Source: Nitrospirota bacterium
GTDB taxonomy: Bacteria > Nitrospirota > Thermodesulfovibrionia > UBA6902
Reading direction: 5' to 3'
DNA length: 64,000 nucleotides
Assembly: GCA_016213935.1 (NCBI GenBank)
Contig: JACQZG010000009.1
Location: forward strand, 647 to 64,646
Positions within the stretch are counted from its first letter, which is position 1; each line of letters starts with the position of its first letter. The notes below the pieces were generated by a model, which ran no database searches, was not told where the DNA came from, and was given only the letters and a program-made list of their open reading frames with translations. A program made the translations under genes and the position numbers. Shown in pieces: positions 39,643 to 49,490 of the stretch.

Positions 39643-41244
39643 ATGTCAATATTATTTTGCAATTTGAGGCGGTTTTTCAGAAATAAAAATTTGGTGTTGT
39701 GTATTATTATTTTTATATACGGCTGCTCCATCGTTTTAAATGATAATAGTGTAACTGAAGACCAGAAGCCTCCCGATTACAACAGCCAGATAACGCTTTA
39801 TTTTAATGGCCATGAGAAGACATCTCTTGATTTGGAATTTCTTTTAACCGGGGTTGACATGGTTTTTGTTGATGGAACATCAATAGGGATTCTTAAAGGG
39901 CCTGTAACATTGAGGTCATCTGAAGTTAAGGGCAGGCAGGTGCGCCTTGGCGAGATATATGTCCCTGAAGGCGAATGCAAAGAAGTCCGTTTGCATATCA
40001 CTAAAGCATCGATAATAACCCCTGACGGCACTGCATCACTTTCAATTTCTTCAGATACGGTATCCATGCCTTTTAATCTTGTCATTAAAAGGAGGCAAAA
40101 TTCCACGCTATTTTTAAATTGGAACCCTGACGGGTCTGTGACAGATAACTATCTTTTTACCCCTTTGTTCTATTTGGGAAAAGAGGCCCCAGACCTTATT
40201 GGTCAGCTTCTGTATGTTACCAATGAAGATTCTAATAATGTGTCGGTCATAAACCGGTATTACGGCAAGGTCGTCGGAACCGTGCTCGTAGGCAAAAGGC
40301 CGAGGGGTATTGCCGCTGGATTGAAGGAAGACCGGTTAAGGGTATATGTTGCAAATTCAGGTTCAAACAGCGTATCGGTAATTGATCCCAATACAAATAC
40401 AGTAGAACATGAAATCCCTTTAAGATTCGGTAGGGAACCGGTCGCGATTGCTGTTGCGAAAGGGCCTTTTGGGAGAGAACTCGTTTTCGTGGCTAATTAT
40501 GCTTCCGGCTCGGTATCTGTGATAGACCCTTTATCTTTTCAGGAGCTTGAGAGAGTCGGGGTCGGAAACGGGCCTGTGGCTGTAGCCGCGGATCCTCCCG
40601 TCGAATTTTATTCTGGTTCCGCATCTCTCAGCATTGAAGAGGTTAACTTAATAAAAGATTATAGAGGCAAATTTGTTAATGTCTATGTTGCCAATAAAGA
40701 GTCAAACAGCGTATCAGTAATTCGAATGGACATGCTTAATAACAGGGTGGAAGATGTTCAGAATGTCGCTGTTGAATGGAGCCCTGTCGCATTGTCCGTT
40801 GACTTCAAAAGAGGCAAAGTCTATGTCGCAAATTACGGCTCTGACAGGCTGTCTGTCATAGATATCGTATCGCTAATACGCGGGGATGGTTCTGCAGAAA
40901 TAAGCTCAATTGAAAATACCGGCCGTTACACAGTGGGAGTCGCAACCAATCCATTCATTGACAGGCTCTACCTGCTTAAATCCGTCTCGTCCGAAGTTTT
41001 ATTTTTAAACCCTTATTCTGATGCAGGAAATGATATATTTTCTGTATCAGGCTCTGTAATGGGTATTGCCGCAACAGGTCTTTCGCCGAGATCATTACAA
41101 TTTGACCTTCAATCCAGAAATCTCTTTGTGGTTAACAGCGGCTCCGACAGCGTTTCAATCATTGACGTCACTACCCGTAATGAAAAAAAGAGAATTTCCG
41201 TGGGGCGTAATCCTTACGGCGTAACAATGTTCTCGGTGAAATGA
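39643..41244 (+). CDS. YVTN-type beta-propeller lipoprotein
   Basis: IYGC lipobox-like motif; YVTNEDSNNVSVI and YVANSGSNSVSVID repeats. Confidence 0.85.
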   Translation: MSILFCNLRRFFRNKNLVLCIIIFIYGCSIVLNDNSVTEDQKPPDYNSQITLYFNGHEKTSLDLEFLLTGVDMVFVDGTSIGILKGPVTLRSSEVKGRQVRLGEIYVPEGECKEVRLHITKASIITPDGTASLSISSDTVSMPFNLVIKRRQNSTLFLNWNPDGSVTDNYLFTPLFYLGKEAPDLIGQLLYVTNEDSNNVSVINRYYGKVVGTVLVGKRPRGIAAGLKEDRLRVYVANSGSNSVSVIDPNTNTVEHEIPLRFGREPVAIAVAKGPFGRELVFVANYASGSVSVIDPLSFQELERVGVGNGPVAVAADPPVEFYSGSASLSIEEVNLIKDYRGKFVNVYVANKESNSVSVIRMDMLNNRVEDVQNVAVEWSPVALSVDFKRGKVYVANYGSDRLSVIDIVSLIRGDGSAEISSIENTGRYTVGVATNPFIDRLYLLKSVSSEVLFLNPYSDAGNDIFSVSGSVMGIAATGLSPRSLQFDLQSRNLFVVNSGSDSVSIIDVTTRNEKKRISVGRNPYGVTMFSVK

Positions 41245-41288
41245 GATTTTCCAAATAAACGGTTACTATTGTTAATCAGCAGGGAACA

Positions 41289-43529
41289 GTGAGTAATAGA
41301 CGTTTAATAAACGCTCTTCTTTTTTTGATTTTATTTATCGGCGGTTCCTCGGCAGTCTTCGCTGACCTGAACGGAAACGCAAGCATTGACTATACCTCGT
41401 TTCAGGAGGATAGGGGCGATGCCAGTATTACCCAAAACGATACTCAGAAGCGTCTAAATTTCTATTTCACTAAACCGATAACCTCCCTTCTTTCTTACCA
41501 GCTAACTTTGAGGGCTGAGATTTCCGATTCTGATTCCAGTGATTCACAGGGCGCTGATTATACCTCTCTTAAGGAAGTCTATGAACCCGGAATAGATTTT
41601 TCGCTTAAAAATGTTATGTACGAATTCGATTCGGGGTTTCATCACAGAGATGAGCTTTATTCTAATTCAGGACAGGCTTATGATAACAAAAGAATCACTG
41701 ATTTTTTCTACAGCCGGTTTGCTGTCAGCCCTCTTAATCTCCCCACTTTTTCCGCTGAACTTAGCAGGATTAAGGAAAGCGATAACATCATGCTCGACAG
41801 GCAAAACAGTATTTATTTTTTGAGGTCATCTTATGAACTGCCTTCTCCCGAGCTTGACTTCAGGGCAAATCTCAATTATTCACATGCAGAAGAAGAGAAC
41901 CCCGGGAAAATATTGTATAAAAACGTCAGCGATGCTTACTCCGGTGATTATCAGTTATCTGATTCACGCATTTTTTTGTCTGGGAAAATAATACTAAATG
42001 GAAGTTACAGGGGCAATTTCAGCAGTGCCGACAGCACGAGTTATTCCTCAGATACCGGATATGTCCTCTTTGAGCGCACCAAACTCGGCGGCCTCCACGC
42101 AAAAGGAACGGCGCTGAATCCTGACGTTGACAGTTTGCCTTCTGAAACAGCTCTTGCTGATGATAATTATATTCTTTCGACATCAATTAATCTCAGCATA
42201 TCAGGTTCTGACGAATATCATAATATAGGGATTTGGGTGCCTTCTGACGATTCTGTCGAGAAACTGTACATTTACGTTAACAAAGATGTAACAGGCGATT
42301 TTTCTTTAAAAAGCATCTCGAACTGGAAAGTCTATAAGAGCGATTTTAACCTGGCAGGCACATGGCTTCCGGTAACGATCAGCAGTGTTTCGGTTTCTCT
42401 ATTTGATCTTGCAAACACCATTTATCGTTACGAAATCGAATTTTCAGCTCCGCATAATGCGAGATATTTCAAAGCGGTTAACATGGATGTCTCCGATATT
42501 TCCAATGTTGCTGTCACAGAGATAGAGGCTTACGGGTCAGAACTCATTCCTGATTCCGGAATATTGACGAGCTCTTCTAACGCACTCGGCCAGAGGCTGG
42601 ATTTTTTATCGGTCTTTCAGCCATTAAGCAAATTCAGATTTAGTTTTAATTATTCGATTGATAAGTCTGACCAGAATCCGTCATCTGTTTTTAGCTCGAT
42701 CACATCTCTTTTTACAAGCATTTTTTCCAAATCAAGGAGCGAAGAAGATCAATCTGATTCCAGCAGCACAATCAATAAAGGCCTCGCACTTAATGCAAAC
42801 TGGTTAACTCATAAATTTCTCACGACCAATTTTCGTTTTCAGCGGAATGAATCATATGACAATGCCTTTAAGACTGATAGGGCGGCTACTACTTATGAAC
42901 TATCTTTTAATTCATCGCCGATTGAAACGCTTAACGCAAGTTTTAGTATGGTAAGAGGGGATAGTTATCAATTTGAAGTAAAAGAGTCGACATATGATTC
43001 GGCAATATTAAGCCTTGGCACCCGATTATACAGGGATTTGAATATGGTGACGGATATAGGATATTCACGGTCTGACTCCGTAAGCGGGGGAGATTCAACT
43101 TCAAGGTATATTTCAGGTAGCATTGATTCGGTTTTTACAGATAAATTGGAGGGTAGCTTGAGCTACAATATAAACTGGAAATCGTCTGGGGAATCAGAAG
43201 TTCAGTCAAAAAGCAGTTCGGCAAAGATAACCTATCGTCCAGGCAGATTTGTTAATTTATCCTGTGATTTTAATTATTCTTCTAATGACGCAGGTTCCGC
43301 CATGTCGGAAATAATAACTGCGGAATGGCGGCCTGTCCCCGTTTTGCAGTTGAATGCCAATTACCAGCACTCAAGTACAAGCTCAGCGAGTATTACAAAG
43401 GATGTTTTTTCGGGCAACGGCACATGGCATATTAAAAAGTTTTTACATGCGCAGCTTTCATTTTTATATGAGAAAGAAGGCGAAAGCACGGAACAGAATG
43501 TCAGTACCGGCATGAGATTATTGTTTTAA
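41289..43529 (+). CDS. Outer-membrane beta-barrel protein with inserted globular domain
   Basis: Signal peptide, alternating aromatic/polar strands rich in S/Y/N, C-terminal Phe (GMRLLF). Confidence 0.7.
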   Translation: MSNRRLINALLFLILFIGGSSAVFADLNGNASIDYTSFQEDRGDASITQNDTQKRLNFYFTKPITSLLSYQLTLRAEISDSDSSDSQGADYTSLKEVYEPGIDFSLKNVMYEFDSGFHHRDELYSNSGQAYDNKRITDFFYSRFAVSPLNLPTFSAELSRIKESDNIMLDRQNSIYFLRSSYELPSPELDFRANLNYSHAEEENPGKILYKNVSDAYSGDYQLSDSRIFLSGKIILNGSYRGNFSSADSTSYSSDTGYVLFERTKLGGLHAKGTALNPDVDSLPSETALADDNYILSTSINLSISGSDEYHNIGIWVPSDDSVEKLYIYVNKDVTGDFSLKSISNWKVYKSDFNLAGTWLPVTISSVSVSLFDLANTIYRYEIEFSAPHNARYFKAVNMDVSDISNVAVTEIEAYGSELIPDSGILTSSSNALGQRLDFLSVFQPLSKFRFSFNYSIDKSDQNPSSVFSSITSLFTSIFSKSRSEEDQSDSSSTINKGLALNANWLTHKFLTTNFRFQRNESYDNAFKTDRAATTYELSFNSSPIETLNASFSMVRGDSYQFEVKESTYDSAILSLGTRLYRDLNMVTDIGYSRSDSVSGGDSTSRYISGSIDSVFTDKLEGSLSYNINWKSSGESEVQSKSSSAKITYRPGRFVNLSCDFNYSSNDAGSAMSEIITAEWRPVPVLQLNANYQHSSTSSASITKDVFSGNGTWHIKKFLHAQLSFLYEKEGESTEQNVSTGMRLLF

Positions 43530-43534
43530 TAATA

Positions 43535-44164
43535 ATGCGCAATAATGAAGCTTTAAATAAAAATATCAATGGGTTATATTATTCTATGTTTAATTCGGCA
43601 ATCAGGCATGGTTCATTGATTTTTCGTTTTTCGTTTTTATTATTTTTTGTAACATACGGGTGCAGCGTTATGAGCGCGTATGTAAGGCCCGGATTTGATA
43701 AAGCTTCAGTGAAAAAAATAGCGGTTCTTCCTTTTGAAAATTATACCGAAGATAAATTTGCAGGCCAGAAGATGAGGGCTAAGGTTATGATCGAGCTTCT
43801 TAATTCCGGATTCGAGGTTGTGGAAGAGGGGGAGGTTACAAGGATATTGAAGGAGTTAAAAGTGTATCAGGTCGCATCAATAACCGTTTCAGACATTCAG
43901 GAACTTGGCAAGAGGCTCGGCATTGACGCGGTGGTTAAAGGTTCAACAGGGGAGATGGAAGATAAGAAAGGCGTAGCCTTAACATATCCTGAAGTATCCA
44001 TTAATTTAAGCATACTCGATGCAAAATCCGGAGATATTGTCTGGTCCGTGTCGCATAGTGCCGGCGGTCCGAGTTTCTGGACAAGGCATTTTGGAACAGA
44101 GGGGGATACCCTGGATAAGGCCGCTTATAAAGTTGTAAAAGAGTCTATTAATACATTAAAATAA
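43535..44164 (+). CDS. CsgG/DUF799-like lipoprotein
   Basis: TYGC lipobox-like motif, KIAVLPFEN, LGIDAVVKG, DAKSGDIVWS; start may be later. Confidence 0.7.
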   Translation: MRNNEALNKNINGLYYSMFNSAIRHGSLIFRFSFLLFFVTYGCSVMSAYVRPGFDKASVKKIAVLPFENYTEDKFAGQKMRAKVMIELLNSGFEVVEEGEVTRILKELKVYQVASITVSDIQELGKRLGIDAVVKGSTGEMEDKKGVALTYPEVSINLSILDAKSGDIVWSVSHSAGGPSFWTRHFGTEGDTLDKAAYKVVKESINTLK

Positions 44165-44182
44165 ACACATTTATATAATATA

Positions 44183-44779
44183 ATGAACTTAATATTGAAG
44201 TTGAAATATAATACAATTTTTATTTATCTAATAATTGGCTGTTCGTTTTTTTTAAACGGATGCTTCGCCTCTCAACCGACATATCATATTAAGGAGGATG
44301 TTGATTTCAGTTATATAAAAAGGGTAGCTATATTGCCGTTGCAGAATTTTACCAGCGACAAAAACGCTTCTGATGCGGTTAGGCAGGTGCTTATCACAGA
44401 ATTTTTGTCTTCAGGGTTGGCCGATGTTGTTGTCCCGGGAGACGTTCTGGCTGCCCTTAATAATATAGGCGTTAGCTCTATTTCCTCTCCAAGTATTGAA
44501 GAAATAAGATCAATCGGAAAATTTCTGAAAGTACAAGCTGTCATTACGGGTTCTGTAGACAAATTAGCTGAGATCAGGAGCAGTAATGTTACTTCGGCCG
44601 AGGTTACTTTGACTTTAATGATGGTGGACACAGGAGCAGGCGATATTCTCTGGTCCGTAACGGCCACAAGCGGCGGGGCAGGCTTTATGTCAAGGCATTT
44701 TGGCGCTGATACCCCGACATTGAGTGAAACGATTTCAGATGTTGTAAAAAGGTCTATTCAGACATTGACAGGGAATTAA
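44183..44779 (+). CDS. CsgG/DUF799-like lipoprotein
   Basis: LNGC lipobox, RVAILPLQN, VQAVITGSV, DTGAGDILWS; paralog of upstream gene. Confidence 0.75.
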   Translation: MNLILKLKYNTIFIYLIIGCSFFLNGCFASQPTYHIKEDVDFSYIKRVAILPLQNFTSDKNASDAVRQVLITEFLSSGLADVVVPGDVLAALNNIGVSSISSPSIEEIRSIGKFLKVQAVITGSVDKLAEIRSSNVTSAEVTLTLMMVDTGAGDILWSVTATSGGAGFMSRHFGADTPTLSETISDVVKRSIQTLTGN

Positions 44780-44819
44780 TTTTTACTTGCTGTGTGTAAT
44801 ATAATGTGTGTAATATAAT

Positions 44820-45896
44820 ATGATGCCTAAATCAGACAGACTGACTTCTTTTTTTTCTTTAGTTAAATTTTCTTTACTGTTGCATAGTTTTTTGTTTTTC
44901 TTTTTGTTGTGCGACGGTATTGTCTTTGCCCAAGCAGTCACTGATATTAAGGAAGCCGATCAGAAAATAATCATATTTCCTTTTGATAATTATAGCGATA
45001 AGGTAGAAGCCGCTGACATTGTCATGCCTGTTCTCGTGGATAGTTTTATAAATAGAGGGTATAAAGTCATTGATGAAAAATTGCTTTATGACTTTTTATG
45101 TAAAGAGAAAGTAAGGGAAACAGGGTATATCTCAAGGGATCTTGCGAGAAAATTAAGAGATAAATTCGGGGTTGATTTTATTCTGGTTGGAGCGATTATC
45201 AGATTTGCTAATATTGACGTTCCTGATTTGGGTTTGACGGCAAGGCTTGTTGATGCTTCAAACGGCAACATCTTATGGGCTGATTATTCCTCAGCTGCTG
45301 GAGATGACTTTACAGCCGTATTAGGATTGGGGAATGTAAGGGAGATTGAAATGCTCGTTTCCATGGTGATCAATAATCTTTTGGCGTCATTCAGCTTAGA
45401 ACCTTTTGGCAAGCATGCCGAATCAGCTTACAAGATAGCGGTAATGCCTTTTCAGAATGATTCTGAAAATAAGGATGCCGGAATGATAGCCTCACAGTTT
45501 TTTATAGTTTCTTTGTTTAAAAGCAAAAGCTTTATCCCTGTTGAATACGGTGAAATTAAAACAAATATTTTTGATCTAAAGTTAAGGACAAAAGGTGAGC
45601 TGGATTATAGAAGTGTCAGCGAGTTAATGGAAAGGCTGAATGTTGATGGTTTTGTTATAGGCACAGTTGAACTATATTCCGAAGGGCAGAGGCTGCTTTC
45701 TCCCCCTGCGGCCGCAGTAACCGCAAGACTTCTGAATGCGCGTAACAGCAGGATGCTATGGTATAACAGGTACCAAATGACCGGTGATGATGATGTTATA
45801 ATTTATGATTGGCGCAGACTCAGGAGCGTTGATAAGGTTGCAAACAGGATAATTTCAAAACTTGTTAATGGGATGGGAGCTATTCAATGGCAGTAG
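44820..45896 (+). CDS. Secreted protein with two tandem CsgG/DUF799-like domains
   Basis: IIIFPFDN...ARLVDASNGNILW and KIAVMPFQN...ARLLNARNSRMLW. Confidence 0.7.
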   Translation: MMPKSDRLTSFFSLVKFSLLLHSFLFFFLLCDGIVFAQAVTDIKEADQKIIIFPFDNYSDKVEAADIVMPVLVDSFINRGYKVIDEKLLYDFLCKEKVRETGYISRDLARKLRDKFGVDFILVGAIIRFANIDVPDLGLTARLVDASNGNILWADYSSAAGDDFTAVLGLGNVREIEMLVSMVINNLLASFSLEPFGKHAESAYKIAVMPFQNDSENKDAGMIASQFFIVSLFKSKSFIPVEYGEIKTNIFDLKLRTKGELDYRSVSELMERLNVDGFVIGTVELYSEGQRLLSPPAAAVTARLLNARNSRMLWYNRYQMTGDDDVIIYDWRRLRSVDKVANRIISKLVNGMGAIQWQ

Positions 45897-47521
45897 AGCG
45901 CGGGATAAAATTTATTATTAATAGCCGATATCTGCAATATATTTTTGCTGGTATCTTATTGATTTTTATAACATATGGCTGCGCTTCAGTAAGACAGGCT
46001 CAGAGCGTATTGGCAATTGTTGACGGTGAATCCATAACAATTGATGACGTTAATTACGCGTTGGCAATTGAGCATAGAAGGGAGAATCTTTCAGCTACAG
46101 AAAAATTGGATATAAAAGGCTTCATTGATTCCATTATCGGCGACAAACTTATTATACAGGAGGCCCGCAGAATTGGTTTGGACCAGTACCTTGAGGTTAA
46201 AGACAAGCTGAAGGCATATATTCTCAGGGAATCTGTGGTGAAACTTCATGAGGATGAGATTGTTAAAAAAGTGAATGTTAGTGATGAGGAGATTCTTAAT
46301 TATTACAAAGACAATTACAAACGAATTACATATGATATTGTCGAATTAAACACAATGGAAGATGCGCTGAGCATATTAAACAGGCTTAACGAGGGCGAAG
46401 ATTTTAAGGAGATAGCTCTTACACTGCCTAATTATGAAGCAAAGGATAAAGAGAGGGTTTCAACCTTTGGTTCTTTTGATAAACTTTTTCAGGAAAAGAT
46501 TTCCGATCTGGGCACGGGTGAATTCAGCGACGTTATTGAGTTAAATAATAGTTTTTACATTATCAAGATACTTGGCAGGGAGGATGCTCCGCCTGAAAAG
46601 TTTTCAGAAGCAGCGAGCCATATTACCAAGATTATAAGAAACAAGAAGGAGGATGACAGGGGGAATGAATATCTCTCTGAACTGCGGGCTGCCTCTAACA
46701 TTGTAATTGATAATGAGATTCTCTCTTCCATTAAATTGCTGAAAGGAGAAGATGAGCGGGATAAGTGGGTTAATGACACCAGTCCTCTTGTTGTTTTGGA
46801 CGGAGAGATTTTCACTGTCAAGGATTTTATATTTGTTCTTCCTCCCGTTGTTAAAATTTCTAACGAAGTTTTGATAAAAAACTGGATTGACAGAAAGATT
46901 GTTGACAGAGAGGCTTTGTCAAGAAATTACAATCTTGATCCTGAACTAAGCCGTTACAGGGATCAGGTTTTTAAAAATGTTTACATTAAGGAATATGTTT
47001 TGCCAAATATAAATGTTTCCGAGGATCTCCTGAGGAATTATTATAACGAGCATTTAGATAATTATATGGAACCTCAACGTTACAGGATGCAGGTGATTAC
47101 TGCAGAGACAAAGGAGTCTGCTGAAGCGATTTACGACAGCCTTTTAAAAGGTGCTGATTTTGCATGGCTTGCGAAAATGAGGTCAACCGATGTTAAAACT
47201 GCCGAAAAAGGGGGGAATCTGGGCTGGCAGGCTATTTCGTTATTGCCTAAGCCGTTAATAGAGGTTATTGATTCCATTGAAGCTGAGGGAATAAGCCCGG
47301 TACTGTCAGTAGACTCAGTATATGCCATCTACAGGGTCCAGGAAAAGGCCGCTCCACTGGTTAAGGATTTTAATTCAGTAAGACAGGATGTTTACAGGTC
47401 ATATTTTGCAGAGCAGTTTAAAAAATCATATAATGAATATATAGAAAAATTAAAGTCAGACGCCGAGATAATTATCAATGAGAATGCAATCAAGTCATTT
47501 GCTGAAATGTTTAAACCGTAG
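45887..47521 (+). CDS. SurA/PrsA-like parvulin peptidyl-prolyl isomerase lipoprotein
   Basis: TYGC, LAIVDGESIT, two rotamase domains (GADFAWLAKMRSTD..TAEKGGNLGW). Confidence 0.85.
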   Translation: MAVERGIKFIINSRYLQYIFAGILLIFITYGCASVRQAQSVLAIVDGESITIDDVNYALAIEHRRENLSATEKLDIKGFIDSIIGDKLIIQEARRIGLDQYLEVKDKLKAYILRESVVKLHEDEIVKKVNVSDEEILNYYKDNYKRITYDIVELNTMEDALSILNRLNEGEDFKEIALTLPNYEAKDKERVSTFGSFDKLFQEKISDLGTGEFSDVIELNNSFYIIKILGREDAPPEKFSEAASHITKIIRNKKEDDRGNEYLSELRAASNIVIDNEILSSIKLLKGEDERDKWVNDTSPLVVLDGEIFTVKDFIFVLPPVVKISNEVLIKNWIDRKIVDREALSRNYNLDPELSRYRDQVFKNVYIKEYVLPNINVSEDLLRNYYNEHLDNYMEPQRYRMQVITAETKESAEAIYDSLLKGADFAWLAKMRSTDVKTAEKGGNLGWQAISLLPKPLIEVIDSIEAEGISPVLSVDSVYAIYRVQEKAAPLVKDFNSVRQDVYRSYFAEQFKKSYNEYIEKLKSDAEIIINENAIKSFAEMFKP

Positions 47522-47537
47522 GTCAACAGCTTATCGT

Positions 47538-49490
47538 ATGTATATTTCAAAAATATCATTGTTATTTTTTTGCCTGATAATCTTTACTGTATTATCTTGC
47601 GCTCCTGCAACTCAGAAGTCTGCAAAAGGCCGTTTTAAGCAGAAAGAGTGTCTTGATTGCCATGAAGAGATACAGCCTGACTTGAAACGCCGAATTGTGC
47701 ATATTCCTTTACAAGAGCACAATTGCGAAGGATGCCATCTTCGTCACGGAAGGCTGGCTTTTAAATCATTTATAGAACGTGAAGAAAGAAAACTTTGCTT
47801 TATATGCCATACTGTCATGGAATCGGATATTCTGAAAAGAAAGCATGTTCATACGGTAATTCAAGAGAATAAATGCCTGCCATGCCATGAACCTCATGCT
47901 TCTGAGGCCCAGGCTCTTCAGAAGAATGCCGGGAACAGTCAATGTTTTGGATGCCATAATGATGCTACGTTTAAACGCGCGACTCGGCATAAACCCGTTG
48001 AAGACGGGTGCCTTATTTGTCATGATCCGCATGGGTCTGACTATAAGTCTAATCTTATTAAAGATGAGGTAGCTCTTTGCGAATCATGCCACAAGTTTAA
48101 TGAAAAGAATTTTATCGCAGCTCACAATAATTATCCAGTCGGCAAGGGCACTTGTATGGGCTGCCACACTCCGCACAGTTCGTCAAACAGCAAACTTCTC
48201 AGAGAGTATGTGCATGCGCCGGTCAGTAATATTGAGTGTTCTTCATGCCATCTGCCTTCTGAAGGCCCTAACCCCCTTTCGGTTTCATCAGTAGAAGGAA
48301 ATCTCTGCTATTCATGCCACACAAAAGAGAAAAAAGATTTCAATAAAAATTACAGACACCTCGTGGCCGAAAAGGAAGAGTGTTTGAAATGCCATAGCCC
48401 TCATGCATCTGATTATCCCAAAATCACCATTAAAAACAATGTGGATTTATGTTTAATGTGTCACGACAAGAAACCAAATGTAAACGTTAATAATTTACAT
48501 AGCCCGATAAGAAATAAAGGTTGTACCGCTTGTCATGACTCTCATGCTTCTGATAACCGGCTTTATCTTACTGCTCCTGAAAATGAGATATGTTTTACCT
48601 GCCATGAGGCTCTTAAGGATATGCTGAAAGAGGAGAATATACATGAACCCTTCATGAAGATTGAATGCCTGAAATGCCATGATACCCATGGCAGCAACTA
48701 TGCCGGCATGCTGAAGGTAACAGCCGAAGACCTTTGTTTCACCTGCCATAAAGATGAACAGAAGAATTACTTTAGAACATATATTCATACTCCTGTTAGC
48801 AATAAGAAATGTTCTTCTTGCCACCAATCTCATGTTTCTAAATTTAAGAAGCTGCTCACCGATGACCCTGAAAATATATGTATGAAATGCCATCAGGGCT
48901 TGGTTCAGGAGGAAGAAGGCATTTTTATCCACCAGCCGTTTAAGGAGAAAAAATGCAGTGTTTGCCATGATCCGCATGCAAGTGATAATATCGCTTCAAC
49001 TGTAAAACCTATGACTGAGCTTTGCTTCACATGCCATAAAAATATGGGGGAAGCATTAAACAAGTCTCTTAATAAGCATCTTCCCGTTGAGGAAGGGAAA
49101 TGCAATTCCTGTCATAATTCCCACTTGTCAAAAATAAAGAATCAACTCCTTAATCTTCCGAATGCTCTTTGCCTTACTTGCCATGAAAGGATAATTACGA
49201 CTACATCAAGAAGCGGACATATTGCAACTGAAGGCGTGGATTGCCTGAATTGTCATATATCTCATTATTCTGATTCTAATACGCTTTTAAAAGGTAAAGA
49301 CCCTGACATATGCCGTAAGTGCCACTCTGCAGATACTGAAAATCTTTTAAGGGTTCATAAGTCTCCGCTTGATGATATTTCCCGTTGTTCAAGCTGTCAC
49401 GAACCGCATGTTACTGAAAAGCCAGGGCTTCTGAAGAAAGTTGTTCATGACCCATTCAACCAAGGGCATTGTGAGGCATGTCATGAATAG
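47538..49490 (+). CDS. 26-heme cytochrome c lipoprotein
   Basis: VLSC lipobox; 26 CxxCH counted, doubled-CxxCH (CxxCHxPHxS...LCxxCH) repeats. Confidence 0.9.
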   Translation: MYISKISLLFFCLIIFTVLSCAPATQKSAKGRFKQKECLDCHEEIQPDLKRRIVHIPLQEHNCEGCHLRHGRLAFKSFIEREERKLCFICHTVMESDILKRKHVHTVIQENKCLPCHEPHASEAQALQKNAGNSQCFGCHNDATFKRATRHKPVEDGCLICHDPHGSDYKSNLIKDEVALCESCHKFNEKNFIAAHNNYPVGKGTCMGCHTPHSSSNSKLLREYVHAPVSNIECSSCHLPSEGPNPLSVSSVEGNLCYSCHTKEKKDFNKNYRHLVAEKEECLKCHSPHASDYPKITIKNNVDLCLMCHDKKPNVNVNNLHSPIRNKGCTACHDSHASDNRLYLTAPENEICFTCHEALKDMLKEENIHEPFMKIECLKCHDTHGSNYAGMLKVTAEDLCFTCHKDEQKNYFRTYIHTPVSNKKCSSCHQSHVSKFKKLLTDDPENICMKCHQGLVQEEEGIFIHQPFKEKKCSVCHDPHASDNIASTVKPMTELCFTCHKNMGEALNKSLNKHLPVEEGKCNSCHNSHLSKIKNQLLNLPNALCLTCHERIITTTSRSGHIATEGVDCLNCHISHYSDSNTLLKGKDPDICRKCHSADTENLLRVHKSPLDDISRCSSCHEPHVTEKPGLLKKVVHDPFNQGHCEACHE

